Assembly (NCBI GenBank): GCA_964016885.1
Contig: OZ024740.1
Coordinates: forward strand, 88,040,001 to 88,104,000
Direction: 5' to 3'
From: Eledone cirrhosa
Lineage: Eukaryota
Length of the DNA: 64,000 nt
Shown: in pieces, positions 13,349 through 26,008 of the stretch
Layout: each line of letters starts with the position of its first letter
Numbering within the stretch: the stretch's first letter is position 1
Position numbers and translations under genes: made by a program
The notes under the pieces: model-generated
Databases searched by the model: none
What the model saw: only the letters and a program-made list of their open reading frames with translations
Told to the model about the DNA's origin: nothing

Positions 13349-13381
<33 letters not shown>

Positions 13382-13433
13382 GTACACACACACACATATA
13401 TATATATATATGTGTACATGTGTATGTGTATAT

Positions 13434-13519
<86 letters not shown>

Positions 13520-14128
13520 GTATAAGCTTATTTATATGGATTAGTAATTACGATCGTCAGGTCTTGAGTTCGATTTCTGGCGGCGCGTTATGTCGTAGAA
13601 CATGAAATTTTATTTTATTTTGCTCAAGTCCACCCACCTACCACAATTAGCAACCTGTAATTATAATTTGAAGGACAATTTTTTAACAGTAATTTCTTCC
13701 TATCGTCTACTTCCAATGAAGGATTTTTGTTATCGTTGTAGTTGCTTTTGTTGTCGAACTGGAGATAAACACAAATCGAGCACAGCAAAGACGAAAACCT
13801 TTGCAGCCGTGATCCTCCTGTAATTTTGTAAATATTTCGATTCATTCCCAGACGTGTCAGTCGCCTTTCTGTAAGACGATAGAGTACGATTTGGAGGAAT
13901 TTGATTGCTATTTCTAGCAGATTATGTGACAGTGTAAATTTCCACCTCCTTGATAGTAAGAGAAACTGTTCATCTCCTCTCACACACACAAGCTGAAGTA
14001 TAAATAGACATACATATATAGCATCAAGCGAAAAAAAAATATATATCCAACACAAACCAAAATGAACGATTGAAAAGCTACTCAGCAAAACCGTACAAAA
14101 ACCGTACAAAAACTATTTAAGTAATTTC

Positions 14129-15630
14129 TTTTTTTTTTTAAAATAAATAAGATTTACGTCTGTAATATATTAAACGTATATTTTCATACTTACTGTATCC
14201 AGTCATAAGTCTTAGGACAATGGGATTGATGAGTTAATATCTGTATACAACATCTACAACGGTACGCGATGGAGCTGACCCACAGCCCCGGCGGACAGAA
14301 TGGAGAAGGCGTTTCCCCGGAGGACGGCAAGGGAGACGCGCTGGAAAATCCACTCCAACTCGCCGGGCTCACACCTGCGGCTGGCCAGCTCAGCGCCTAT
14401 GGTAGTGAGGAAGGAGGTAGCCCTGGGGCCGAGGACACCAGAAGTCTCCACTGCCAGGGGTACGACCTCAAACCTGTCGGAGAGCGACCGGTATTTGAGG
14501 AGTTTGGCCCCCTCAGCCCAACGTGCAGCAGAACCTGGGTCAGTGGCAGACTGCACCAGGTTGCGGCTGCAGAAAGGGTCGGTGCAAGTGGCATCCCAGA
14601 CGAGGGGTTTGCCACCGCTAAACGGGAAGATGGTCATGCCATCTGACTTTTTGCCGTCCCCTCGATCCAGCGTCACTGGCTCGAGCTGGGAAGGGAAGCC
14701 TGCAGCGTCCAAGCCATGCTTAATGACCTCGTTGAGGGCAGCATGGCGTGGAATGTGGCCGGCACTGTGGCGACAGGAAAGCGGGTGGAGGCCGAAAGAG
14801 TCCACGGTGGAACCACAGCGACATTGGTGTGGCTGGCAGATCCGGAGGCCGAGTATCAGGGAAACGCCGATGTGCAGGGTATGGTTGTCTGGCTGCGTTC
14901 TAGTGGAGAAGGAGGACAGAGCATGGAGCCAGGCACCACTGTGGGGTTTGGAGGCCGCATTAAAACAAGCAACGTGGTGTTGGTCGAGCTGGCGCGTGAG
15001 CCTGTCTGAGGCCAGGCTACACTGGATGGCATCCCACGTGCGTTGAGGTGACTTGACGTCAACAAGGGGAGAAGGAGGAGGGACGTCTACTGGGATAAGT
15101 CCCAGCCGGTCCCACGTCTCACAGGCGGCTTCGCGTTCTCTGAACACAGAGGGTTCTGTTGTGTTTTGAAGAACCCTGCTGACAAGGACGCGGCACGAGG
15201 TTACCGACGAAAGATACGCCGGCAAAGCTAGTGAGATCGGGTACCGGAGGCAAAGGCCGCCATACCTGACAGGTAAAGTGGCCTGTTCCCACCCTATGTC
15301 GTCAAGCTTGACGTTGCTCCCCGACTGCTGCTCGGATACAAGTATCGAGGTCAGCGAGGAGAGATGTCTGGGTGTAGCACGGAGTGCTGCGGAGTGTATA
15401 GAGGAGCTTCGGTATGGCGAAGCAGTTCCTCAGCAGAAAGAAAGCTGGGTGGCTGTCAATCAAGCCCAGTCGGCTCATGAGAGTCTAGAGTGTTGAAGCC
15501 TGGATCTGATGGTGGAGCAGATGGCCAGCGGGTGGATCGGTGAGCCGACGATGAGGACATCCTCTTTGGGGGTCACCTGAACCTGGCGGAGAATGGACCG
15601 CACGTCCAAGACGGAGGCTGCAAAGCTCAA
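14129..15630 (-). mobile_element. CRE-clade RLE non-LTR retrotransposon, 5'-truncated
   Basis: GC-rich island; ORF with HSGAWL, CRCG..HPLSC, RHAALN, DGMT..P..LVWDATC, PLAVETSG and QRVSLAVLRGNA; poly(A) tail seen as a T-run at 14129-14139. Confidence 0.88.
14254..15225 (-). pseudogene. CRE element C-terminal zinc knuckle + restriction-like endonuclease
   Basis: 323-aa ORF with CCHC, RH and D..D motifs typical of CRE. Confidence 0.85.
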
Positions 15631-15771
15631 CCTACCTATATCTTTAAAGCAATCTGTAATTTATTTTTGGTGTGAATTAATTTCTCTTTGGTTATTGTAA
15701 ACGTTGTTTGTGTATAAGGAGAATAAGTGAATCTTCAAATCTCTATTTTATTTTCCCTATACACCCACACA

Positions 15772-15859
<88 letters not shown>

Positions 15860-15955
15860 CACACATGTACACATGCACACAGATACACACACATATGCAT
15901 ACACACGCACACACATGCAGATACACACAGACACACACACATATGCATATATGTA

Positions 15956-16017
<62 letters not shown>

Positions 16018-16022
16018 GTGTG

Positions 16023-17490
16023 ATTGTGTGCGTCGATTTCGAGTGCGCATCGTAAAATCTTATAAATGCTACCAATATCAAAGGGATTGAGAATCTCAAC
16101 GTTTTTCACGACCTGGTGTTTGTCTGCTAAGATGTAATCAATTCTGTTGTTCCTACCGTAGGTCGGGCTATGCCAAGTCCATCTTTTTCTTGTATTTTCT
16201 TTACAAAGAAATGTGATCATGGTTTTGAACCCATGCGCTGTTGAAAAGTTGACCAAGTCATCTCCTCTGTCATTTCTGTAGCCGAGACTAAAGTTTCCCA
16301 TACATTCCTCGTCTGACGCAGCGGTTAAGTTTTGATGTTCCCACTTAGTCTCCTGTGGGCCAAGAAGGCAACTCCACCCTATTTCCTGCCATTTCCTATG
16401 ATATAGAGGGTGTGTTTATTGTTGAGTTCGAGGATTTTTTGTCCGGGTCTGGGCATCTCGTTGATTCTAAGAACGTCCCAGTTGTTATTTTCCATTTCGT
16501 GACTTAGGTTGGTGAGATGGCTTTCTTTCGAATGTGTACGAACATTGAATGTAGCCAGGTTGATTGTAGCCAGGTAATTTTGTCATTATCTTTTCTTTTT
16601 GATATTATGCAAACTAAAAATCAACACAAAACGTGAGAAGAAAAAACTCTTCCACTCCAAACCTAATCCGCTCCGAGTGTCGAATCACCCTATCCAGGAG
16701 TTCCGACGAGAACTACAAAACCGATATGCAATTCTAGAAGAATAAAGAAATCAGAATAAAAACGACATCACCATTACAAATTTGAACGACCTTATCAAAA
16801 CAGGCACAGCTGCAACCAAAAAGTGGAAAACCTAAAACAAAAAAGCCAATAAATTTTCAGAAGAATCAAAAAATCCCATGGAAAAACAGATACATCTCAA
16901 AACGACAACTGCCAGGGAAAAGATTGAAAAGCAGAATTTAACAAAACCATAAAAAACGATGAGAAGAACTTCCCAACCACAGAATAACAATCATCCAAAC
17001 ACTCGAGAAGAAAGGGATAAGCTTCAAAATTGTAAAGATGTAATTAAGCAACGGAAAACTCCAATTTACAGGAGTCGTAGAAGATGACGGTTACCTAACA
17101 GTAGATCGAGATCGAATCATCCAAAGGATATGCGAGTTCTATGAAAAACTGTATTCGTCGGACCGAGTTGAACAAGAGCCTGGGGACCGGGAGATTGAAA
17201 TTCAGTAACAGTTCGAAAGCTTTCCAAACATGGAAGCCTGGGAAGGTAAGCTTACAGTGAAACAATCAAATAAAGGTAAAGCGCTCGGACCCGTCAACAT
17301 CACCATCGATCTCATTGAGGCAGCCGGCGAAAGCTCATATGAGAAACTTACCAGCCTTGAAAATGAATGTTTCAGGTGAAGCAGCATTCTTGACGAATGG
17401 AATGAAGTAGTTATCATACTTCTATACGACAAAGGAGACCCAAAGAATATCTCCAATTACCACTCCATAAATCTACTAAAAAACTTGAGT
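16023..17490. mobile_element. Degenerate RTE-clade LINE with inverted 5' (APE) segment
   Basis: 16023-16580 minus strand encodes APE (ATFNVRT, RNDRGDDLVNF, RWTWHSP, NRIDYIL). 16590-17490 plus strand continues into linker and RT start (KGKALGP, DKGDPKNISNY). Confidence 0.8.
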
Positions 17491-17614
17491 CTCCTCACAT
17501 TTGGGGAATTTATTATGTTTGTTATTTCTAGATGTTTATTTTCTTAATCTGTTTTAAATTCGAATTTTATTTCTCGCTCTTGCACAGTTGATACATAAAT
17601 GTAAGTATCCATAC

Positions 17615-17679
<65 letters not shown>

Positions 17680-18095
17680 CACACACATATATATATATAT
17701 AAGAGGGTGTTAAAGTTTGCTTGAAGCATTGTGAAATGTGTAAAATATGTAGTTTAGAAAGCCACAACAATGCAGATGGGAAATCTCGAGGTAAGAAGTG
17801 AGTGAGAAATAGGAGAAAAGTGAAAATGAAAATGAAAACAAAACAAAGGTAGAAGGGTTACCGTAGAGGAGATTTAATCCCAATATTTCGGGCTCACGCC
17901 CATCAACGGGGGAAAAGTTCCAAAAGGGGGGGGGGAACAGGCTAAGCCGGAGAAAGTTCTATTGTCGTTAAAACTTAGGAATGCCGTTATGGGGAAAATT
18001 CAAACGAGGAATGCGGATGGCGTTCGTGGTATATTCACTCAGGTGGGGGATTTTAAAGAAGCAGGGCCATACGGAGGGAGGGACTTGACATACAT

Positions 18096-18494
18096 TTGGC
18101 CCACACAGGACCTTCGCTCCGAAGATGCCTCTCCAACAAACCCGACGAGTCAGATGGGACGTGTTCCCTCAGCAACTGCCCGATACGGGGGGCAGATTGC
18201 CTACGCACCTATGTCGTATATAAGATTCAATGCGATAAATGTAACAAGTTTTACATAGGTAGCACCATCCGACCCCTACATGTTCGTATCAAGGAACATG
18301 TCAACACCAACGCATCTTCCTTCCGTAAACACATCCTTAAATGCGGAAACCCACAGGGCAGACCCTTGGTCACAGTCCTAGCGACTGAACGCAGCATCGG
18401 ATCCTTAAGGATAAAGGAAGCACTTGTTATTAAGAACCTCAGACCCCCACTTAACAACCGGGCTGAGAGAAATGAGCTGACATGGCTAATTTAA
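18096..18494 (+). pseudogene. Penelope GIY-YIG endonuclease domain
   Basis: VVYKIQCDKC..FYIGST.R.L..R..EH, then H..KC, EALVIK and LN motifs. Confidence 0.9.
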
Positions 18495-18931
18495 CCATAG
18501 TGACTAGTAACAGCCCCTACGGCCTACTATCCTTCACACACACGCACTTATATGTATACCCATACACATACACACACACATCTATATTTATACACGCACA
18601 CATGTTTATACAACCTACCACCTTTCACACTCTTTGTTTTCCAGCTTCTACGGCCCACTATCTTTCACACACACACACTCACATACATACACACATACAC
18701 ATATACACACACAGTTACACACACACATATATTTACACACACATATTTTACGGCTTTCACACGCTAGCGCACCCTATTGATTTAACCCAATTGGTTAGTA
18801 GCTTTTGCCACAGCCTATAACGCGCACGCGCATTCTTTCCCTCGTTTGAATTTTCCCCATAACGGCATTCCTAAGTTTTAACGACAATACAACTTTCTCC
18901 GGCTTAGCCTGTTCCCCCCTTTTGGAACTTT

Positions 18932-18967
18932 TCCCCCGTTGATGGGCGTGAGCCCGAAATATTGGGA
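18932..18967 (+). ncRNA. Degenerate minimal hammerhead in pLTR (mirrored at ~17878-17913 on minus)
   Basis: TCCC-CCGTTGA-T-GGGC(GTGA)GCCC-GAAA-TA-TT-GGGA; the core differs from CUGANGA at two positions. Confidence 0.55.
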
Positions 18968-19096
18968 TTAAATCTCCTCTACGGTAACCCTTCTACCTTT
19001 ATTTTGTTGTCATTTTCATTTTCACTTTTCTCCTATTTCTCACTCACTTCTTACCTCGAGATTTCCCATCTGCATTGTTGTGGCTTTCTAAACTAC

Positions 19097-19154
<58 letters not shown>

Positions 19155-19711
19155 TAGAAGTTATATTTAATTTGTTGGAAGTCCGACAAACATAAATGTT
19201 TATAACTGATTTAGAGCACTCAACAAGTTACTGGAGTAAATATTCAATGATATTAAATAAATGGAAACTATATTTATAAAACCATATTTATTTTATCATA
19301 TATATTTCAAGGGCAACCAAGACAACATTGGTACGCTTTCATCAGATAAAATACAAAGTTTATTTTATAAATAGAGACATACCCATGAAAATCATACCTT
19401 ATCGGTTGGAAATTCACTGGATAGTGGAAATATATTAGGGATTATTCAAACTTATGTGTGAATATGCAAATGGATATGTAAATTATTGAAAAACAACCGT
19501 TTATTTAAATGACACAGGAGAAAGAGAGAGAGAAAAAAAAATTATAAGAGAGATAGAGAGAAGAAATTAACAAGAGGATGAATAGAGCTCATGTAACGTT
19601 AATTTGGGGGAATATATTTTAAGTATATATCTACTAATGGTACGTGTATTTACGATTAATTAGTTGTTAAAATTATTTTCTAATACGATATTTACTGTTA
19701 TAAGTAGAACT

Positions 19712-19801
19712 GCAGAAATGCCCATTTGTACCGTGCTGTACCGTCCTGTGCTGTCCTTAATGTTATACTTTATGTCAACCCTTGTGGTTAATAAAGAAAC
19801 C
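19712..19801 (+). mobile_element. Tx1-like 3'-terminal fragment followed by (ATT)n
   Basis: Matches 33302-33390 (GCAGAAATGCCCATTTGTACCG...CCCTTGTGGTTAATAAAGAAA). Confidence 0.85.
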
Positions 19802-19824
19802 ATTATTATTATTATTATTATTAT

Positions 19825-20764
19825 TGTTCTTTGAGTCTCAGTCATTGATGTTATTTAACTGGAAAGTTTGTTGAAATGAATATCAAGCCGCTACCTGCAG
19901 CCTCAGATATTCAGGACGTATCGGAGGGTTCTTGCTGTTCCCAGCACGCATGTCTTTTGAAGTGTTCCAAAAAGCGGGACTGGACTAATCTTCTTTAACC
20001 ATCGTTGGAAACTCTTTGAGATAGTACCTAGTGCGCCTATGACAATCGGGACGACCTTGACTTCATGGCAGTTCCAAATCCTTTTTACCTCCCAATTTAA
20101 GTCCTGGTATCGGTTAATTTTCTCCCTCTCCTTCTCTTGCACTCTCGTGTCAAATGGGCAGGCTACATCTACAATCAGGCACGTTCTTTTTTCCTTGTCC
20201 AAAACCACCAGGTCAGGCCTATTGTGTTCTAATTTCTTGTCCGTCTGTATCCTAAAATCCCACAGCACCTTCACCTGGTCGCTTTCTATCACCGACTCTG
20301 ATTTATGCTCATACCACTTCTCAGAATGTGGTAAATTGTTTACTTTGCATAGGTGCCAGTGGATCACCCTGCCCATCACATCATGTCTCCAGCCTTTATA
20401 GTGAGTCTGGGTTAGGTGTTTACACTCGGATACAATGTGAGCCACAGTGTCCTCTCTCTCTCCACGGATCCTACACAGTGGGCTAGCCTCCTCCTTGTAA
20501 ATATAGTGTTTCACCCACTTCGTTCTGAGGGCCTGCTCTTGTGCAGCCATTAGAATTCCTTCTATAGCCTTTTTAAGGTCTCCTCTTTTTAACCAGTTCC
20601 ATGTCTGTGGATCTCTAAATTCAGTTTTCTTAAAGAAGGTACTATGAAGGGATTTTCATGAAGGCTGCTCTTCCTCCTTGTTGTTATTTCCTCTTTGGAA
20701 ATCCCCTAGTCAATTGTCTTCTCCTTCAGTACAATTTTGAGCAGTGACTCCCTACTGTCAGTCA
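19825..20764 (-). mobile_element. R4/Dong-like RLE retrotransposon family A, truncated
   Basis: ORF 19903-20550: AAQEQAL, CR..HIVSEC, RHD, WDFRIQTD..NRPD, DVACPFD, EK..Y.DL; the 3' end abuts the TAA repeat. Confidence 0.92.
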
Positions 20765-20978
20765 TAGGCGCACTAGGTACTATCTCAAAAAGTTTCCAGC
20801 GATGGTTAAAGAAAATTTGTCGCGCCACGCTTTTTGGAACGCTTCAAAAGGCATGCTTGCTGGGAACAGCAAGAACCCTCCGATACGTGCTGAATATCTG
20901 AAGCTGCAGGTAGTGGCTTGATATTCATTTCAACAAACTTTCCAGTTAACTAACATCAATGACTGAGACTCAAAGAAC
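20761..20978 (+). mobile_element. Family A 3' fragment
   Basis: IGALGTIS..LNI* plus the same 3' UTR, ending in (AAT)n. Confidence 0.88.
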
Positions 20979-20998
20979 AATAATAATAATAATAATAA

Positions 20999-21804
20999 AT
21001 ATGAAAACGGAATTCAGAGATCCACAGACATGGAACTGGTTGAAAAGAGGAGACCTTAAAAAGGCTACAGAAGGAATGCTAATGGCTGCATAAGAGCAGG
21101 CCCTCAAAACGAAGTGGCTGAAACACCATATTTACAAGGAGGAGGCTAGCTCACTGTGCAAGATCTGTGGAGAGAGAGAGAGGAGACTGTGGCTCACATT
21201 GTATCCGAGTGTAAACACCTAGCCCAGACTCACTATAAAAGCTGGAGACATGATGTGATGGGCAGGGTGATCCACTGGCACCTATGCAAAGTAAACAATT
21301 TACCACATTCTGAGAAGTGGTATGAACATAAACCAGAGTCGGTGACGGAAAACGATCAGGTGAAGGTGCTGTGGGATTTTAGGATACAGACGGACAAGAA
21401 ACTGGAACAAAATAGACCTGACCTGGTGGATCTGGACAAGGAAAAACGATCGTGCCTGATTGTAGATGTAGCCTGCCCATTCGACACGAGAGTGCAAGAG
21501 AAGGAAAGGGAGAAAATTAACCGATACCAGGACTTAAATTGGGAGGTAAAAAGGATTTGGAACTGCCATGAAGTCAAAGTGGTCCCGATTGCCATAGGCG
21601 CACTAGGTACTATCTCAAGGAGTTTCCAGGGATGGTTAAAGAAGATTAGTCTTGCTCCGCTTTTTGGAACACTTCAAAAGGCATGCTTGCTGGGAACAGC
21701 AAGAACCCTCCGATACGTCCTGAATATCTGAGGCTGCAGGTAGCAGCTTGATATTCATTTCAACAAACTTTCCAGTTAAATAACTTCAATGACTGAGACT
21801 CAAA

Positions 21805-21806
<2 letters not shown>
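20999..21806 (+). mobile_element. Family A RLE element, 5'-truncated
   Basis: ORF 21156-21731 RLE domain; (AAT)n on both sides. Confidence 0.92.
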
Positions 21807-21836
<30 letters not shown>

Positions 21837-21837
<1 letters not shown>

Positions 21838-22052
21838 GTCTTGGTATCGGTTAATTTAATAATAATAATAAGTCCTGGTATCGGTTAATTTTCTCCCTCT
21901 CCTTCTCTTGCACTCTCGTGTCGAATGGGCAGGCTATATCTACAATCAGGCACGATCGTTTTTCCTTGTCCAGATCCACCAGGTCAGGTCTATTGTGTTC
22001 CAGTTTCTTGTCCATCTGTATCCTAAAATCCCACAGCACCTTCACCTGATCG
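21837..22052 (-). mobile_element. Inverted internal fragment of family A, with a 20-bp stutter
   Basis: 21871-22052 encodes [14 protein letters not shown] on minus; its first ~20 bp are duplicated at 21838-21857 with (AAT)n between. Confidence 0.85.
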
Positions 22053-23950
22053 AAAGAAGTCACGTGGTACAAAGGACCAGTTACTTATTGATAAGATGGT
22101 AATGGGGAATTGCAGGAGGAGACACACTGATCTTGCCATGGGATGGATAGACTACAGAAAGGCATTTGACATGGTGCCTCATTCTTGGATCACCAAAAGC
22201 CTCGAGATCTTCAAGGTGGCAGATAACATCAGACAGTTGTTGGGCAAGAGTATGAGGTCCTGGGAAACAGAGTTGACATCAACTGGAGAATCCTTGGGAA
22301 GCGTGAAGATCAAGAGAGGTATCTTCCAGGGAGATAGCCTGTCCCCTCTGTTGTTTGTCCTTGCCCTGATGCCCCTGACCAGTGTACTGCGAAAAGTGAG
22401 AGCAGGATACGGGTTGGGAAAGGGAGGGCTTACCATCAATCACCTCCTCTTCATGGACGATCTTAAACTCTTCGGGAAGAGTGAGAAGGAGTTGGATGTG
22501 CTTGTTGACACTGTCCGTATTTTCAGCAGTGATATATGTATGCAGTTTGGTATTAGTAAGTGTGGAGTCATTGTGATGAGGAGGGGTAGGTTGAGCAGAA
22601 GTAACGGAATCCAGATACCAACAGGTGAGATGATAAAGGAAATTGACTCTGAGGAAGGATACAAGTATTTGGGCGTTCTGGAGGCTGATGGCATAAAGAA
22701 CAAAAAAATGAAGGAATTGTTAAGAAATGACTACATTCGGAGAGTAAGGAGCGTATTGAAGTTACATCTGAACAGCAGAAATGCCATAAGCGCAGTAAAT
22801 TCCCGAGCTATGTCTATTATTAGGTACAGTGCGGGAATTCTGAGATGGAATGTTGCTGAACAAAAAGAAATGGATAGGAAGACTAGGAAGCTATTGACTA
22901 TCTACAACATGTTCCACAAGAGGAATGATGTCGATAGACTCTACCTAAGGAGATCTGAGGGTGGAAGAGGTCTTATCAGCATAGAGGACTGTGTTCAGAT
23001 GGAGTAAAAACAACCTACACAAATACGTGACTGATAGTAAGGAGCCAATGCTCAGAACTGTACTGAAGGAGGGGACAATAAACCAGGGGATGTCCAAGGA
23101 GGAAATAACATCAAGGAGAAAGAGCAGCCTTCAGGAAACCTCCCTTCATAGTACCTTCTTTGAGAAAACTGAATTTAGAGATCCACAGACATGGAACTGG
23201 TTGAGAAGAGGAGACCTTAAAAAGGCTACAGAAGGAATGTTAATGGCTGCGCAGGAGCAGGCCCTCAAAACGAAGTGGTTGAAACACCATATTCACAAGG
23301 AGGAGGCTAGCCCACTGTGCAGGATCTGTGGAGAGAGAGAGGAGACTGTGGCTCACATTGTATCCGAGTGTAAACACCTAGCCCAGACCCACTATAAGGG
23401 CTGGAGACATGATGTGATGGGTGATCCACTGGCACCTGTGCAAAGTAAACAATTTACCACATTCTGAGAAATGGTATGAGCATAAGCCAGAGGCGGTGAT
23501 GGAGAACGATCAGGTGAAGGTGCTGTGGGATTTTAGGATACAGACGGACAAGAAACTGGAACACAATATACCTGACCTGGTGGTTGTGGACAAAGAAAAA
23601 AGATCGTGTCTGATTGTGGATGTGGCCTGCCCATTCGACACGAGAGTGCAAGAGAAGGAGAGGGAGAAAATTAACCGATACCAGGACTTAAAGTGGGAGG
23701 TAAAAAGGATTTGGAACTGCCATGAAGTCAAAGTGATCCCGATTGTCATAGGCGCACTGGGGACTATCTCCAAAAGTTTCCAGGGATGGTTAAAGAAAAT
23801 CGGCCCCTTCACGCTTTTTGGAACGCTTCATAAGGCATGCTTGCTGGGAATAGCAAGAACCCTCCGATACGTCCTGAGGCTGCAGGTAGTGGCTTGATAT
23901 TCATTCCAACGGACTTTCCAGTTAACTAACATCAATGACTGAGATTCAAG

Positions 23951-23951
<1 letters not shown>
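22053..23951 (+). mobile_element. Family A RLE element with RT, 5'-truncated and frameshifted
   Basis: [47 protein letters not shown], then CCHC and RLE; ends in (AAT)n. Confidence 0.95.
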
Positions 23952-23987
<36 letters not shown>

Positions 23988-23988
<1 letters not shown>

Positions 23989-25244
23989 TTCTTAACCATG
24001 CACAGAATGCATCACCCTAAGGCAGATATAGATAGAATATATCTCCCTAGGAAAGAAGGAGGACGTGGGTTAGTCCAGTTAGACATTGCGTTGAAAACTG
24101 AAACAATTGGATTATCTACATATCTAAGGGAATCACATGATTGGATGATCACACACGTTTTGAAACACGAAAGCATCAAAAGATCATCTTCCATTACAAA
24201 AGATGCACAAAGACACAGTAATGGACTACAAATTTCAGAAGTCCCATTTACTGCTGAAATGGAAAACACAGTAAAAGCAAAGCGGGTAAAATTAACTGCA
24301 AAGAAAGAACTGCTACAGAAACTGGCTAAGAAATGGCAAGAAAAGCCTCTGTATGGAAAATACCCAGAACGAGCTAACAATCCTGATGTTGACAAAACTT
24401 TAACCCATCAGTGGTTGGCATCCTCTGGACTGAAATCGGAGACTGAAGGACTGATTATATCAGCACAAGATCAGTGTCTGCCAACAAAAAATTACCAAGC
24501 CAACATAATAAAAAAATGGATGCAGCCCATTATGCCGTGTATGCAAAAAACAACCAGAGACCATTGACCATATAATTTCAATGTGCAGTCCTATAGCTCC
24601 AACCGAATACCTAAACAGGCATGACAGAGCTGCACAATACATACATTGGATAATGTGTAAGCATTTTGACCTGTCCCATCAAAAGAATTGGTGGGAGCAC
24701 CAACCACCTCCCATACTTGAAAAAGATCACATCTCAATCTTGTGGAACTTTAGCATCCAAACAGACCGAAAAATAGATGCAAATAGACCTGATATAATAT
24801 TGAAGGACTTTAAAAAGAGGGTATGCCTGCTAATTGATATGTCCGTTCCAATAGACAAGAATGTATCTATAAAAACATTTGAAAAATTGAGCAAGTATAA
24901 GGACCTGGAGATAGAAATTGGAAAAATGTGGAAATTGAGAGCTAAAATAATACCAGTGGTTGTGGGCGCTCTGGGAATGATACCTAAGGGGTCTAATGAT
25001 TACTTATCGCAAATCCCAGGAAACCCGCGTATAGGAGAAATACAAAAGATAGTACTAATGGGAACTGCCCATATACTAAGGAAGATTCTGTCAATATAAG
25101 TACATCACAAGTCTAAACACTAAAGATGCATGTGTGAGTATGTATGTTCTTTCTTGAACATGGCGGACCTTGTTGTCTCCTGAGGTCACTGGTTGTGACT
25201 TGCTGATAACTCGTATGAACATAAAGCAAGATAAATGCAACTGT
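23988..25244 (+). mobile_element. R4/Dong-like RLE retrotransposon family B, 5'-truncated
   Basis: HPKADIDRIYLPRKEGGRGL, SAQDQ, RHD, IQTD..NRPD, IDMSVP, EKLSKYKDL; distinct 3' UTR; (AAT)n flanks. Confidence 0.93.
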
Positions 25245-25250
25245 AATAAT

Positions 25251-25310
<60 letters not shown>

Positions 25311-25312
<2 letters not shown>

Positions 25313-25413
25313 TTTCTTTATTAACCACAAGGGTTTACATAAAGTAGACATTAAGGATAGTGCAGGACAATACAGTACGGTACAAATGGGCATTTCTGCG
25401 TGTAAAAAACAAA
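25311..25413 (-). mobile_element. Tx1-like 3'-terminal fragment
   Basis: Reverse complement of 33285-33390; shares the 25245-25310 repeat tail-to-tail with family B. Confidence 0.88.
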
Positions 25414-25455
25414 ATAATAATAATAATAATAATAATAATAATTATTATTATTATA

Positions 25456-25955
25456 AGAGATTGTGTGGTGGACAAGGTTGAAAGGGTTAAAGACAGACAC
25501 TTTCCTCTTCGGCGAATCCATAATTAACTTTTTCAAGTTTCACTTGAAGAGGAAAATCAGGGTGGAGAGGCAAGTGCTGCCTTCTAGCAAGTTTGTTGAA
25601 AGGTGGGTGAACGTAGCGAGAATGATCCGAGTGAACGGGACCGCCTGTAGTTTGAGAAATGGAAAAAATGAGAGAAGGCGCTTGCCCTGGTGGTCAGGGT
25701 GGCCGTGGTCTTTTCTGTGGTTTTCGCCACGAGTAACCCTCGGAGGTTTCCCCCCTACTGGGGAATTTTTAATTGTTTCAATTTTCATTTTTATTGTTTA
25801 TATATATATATGTTTCTATGAATTTTTCTTTTTTTTTCTTATATAAATAATAAAAATCTTTACACGCACAAAACCCACATTTTACCGTCCTTTACCGTCT
25901 TGTGTCGTCTGTAATGTTTCTCTTGATGTCAGTCTCTGTGGCCTATAAAGAAATC
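25456..25955 (+). mobile_element. Tx1-like 5'-truncated copy
   Basis: WWTRLKGLKT..FFKFHLKRKIRVE..ERWV plus 3' UTR, followed by (ATT)n. Confidence 0.9.
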
Positions 25956-25957
25956 AC

Positions 25958-26006
<49 letters not shown>

Positions 26007-26008
<2 letters not shown>

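Larger units (their letters stand above)
17744..19101 (+). mobile_element. Penelope-like element, 5'-truncated, with inverted pseudo-LTR
   Basis: ~265-bp inverted repeats 17744-18009 / 18840-19101 flank a GIY-YIG ORF; (TA)n downstream. Confidence 0.9.

Noticed and set aside
14269-15046. Long plus-strand ORFs over the CRE element, and antisense ORFs over Tx1 and RTE
   Set aside because: Shadow ORFs of GC-rich coding sequence on the other strand
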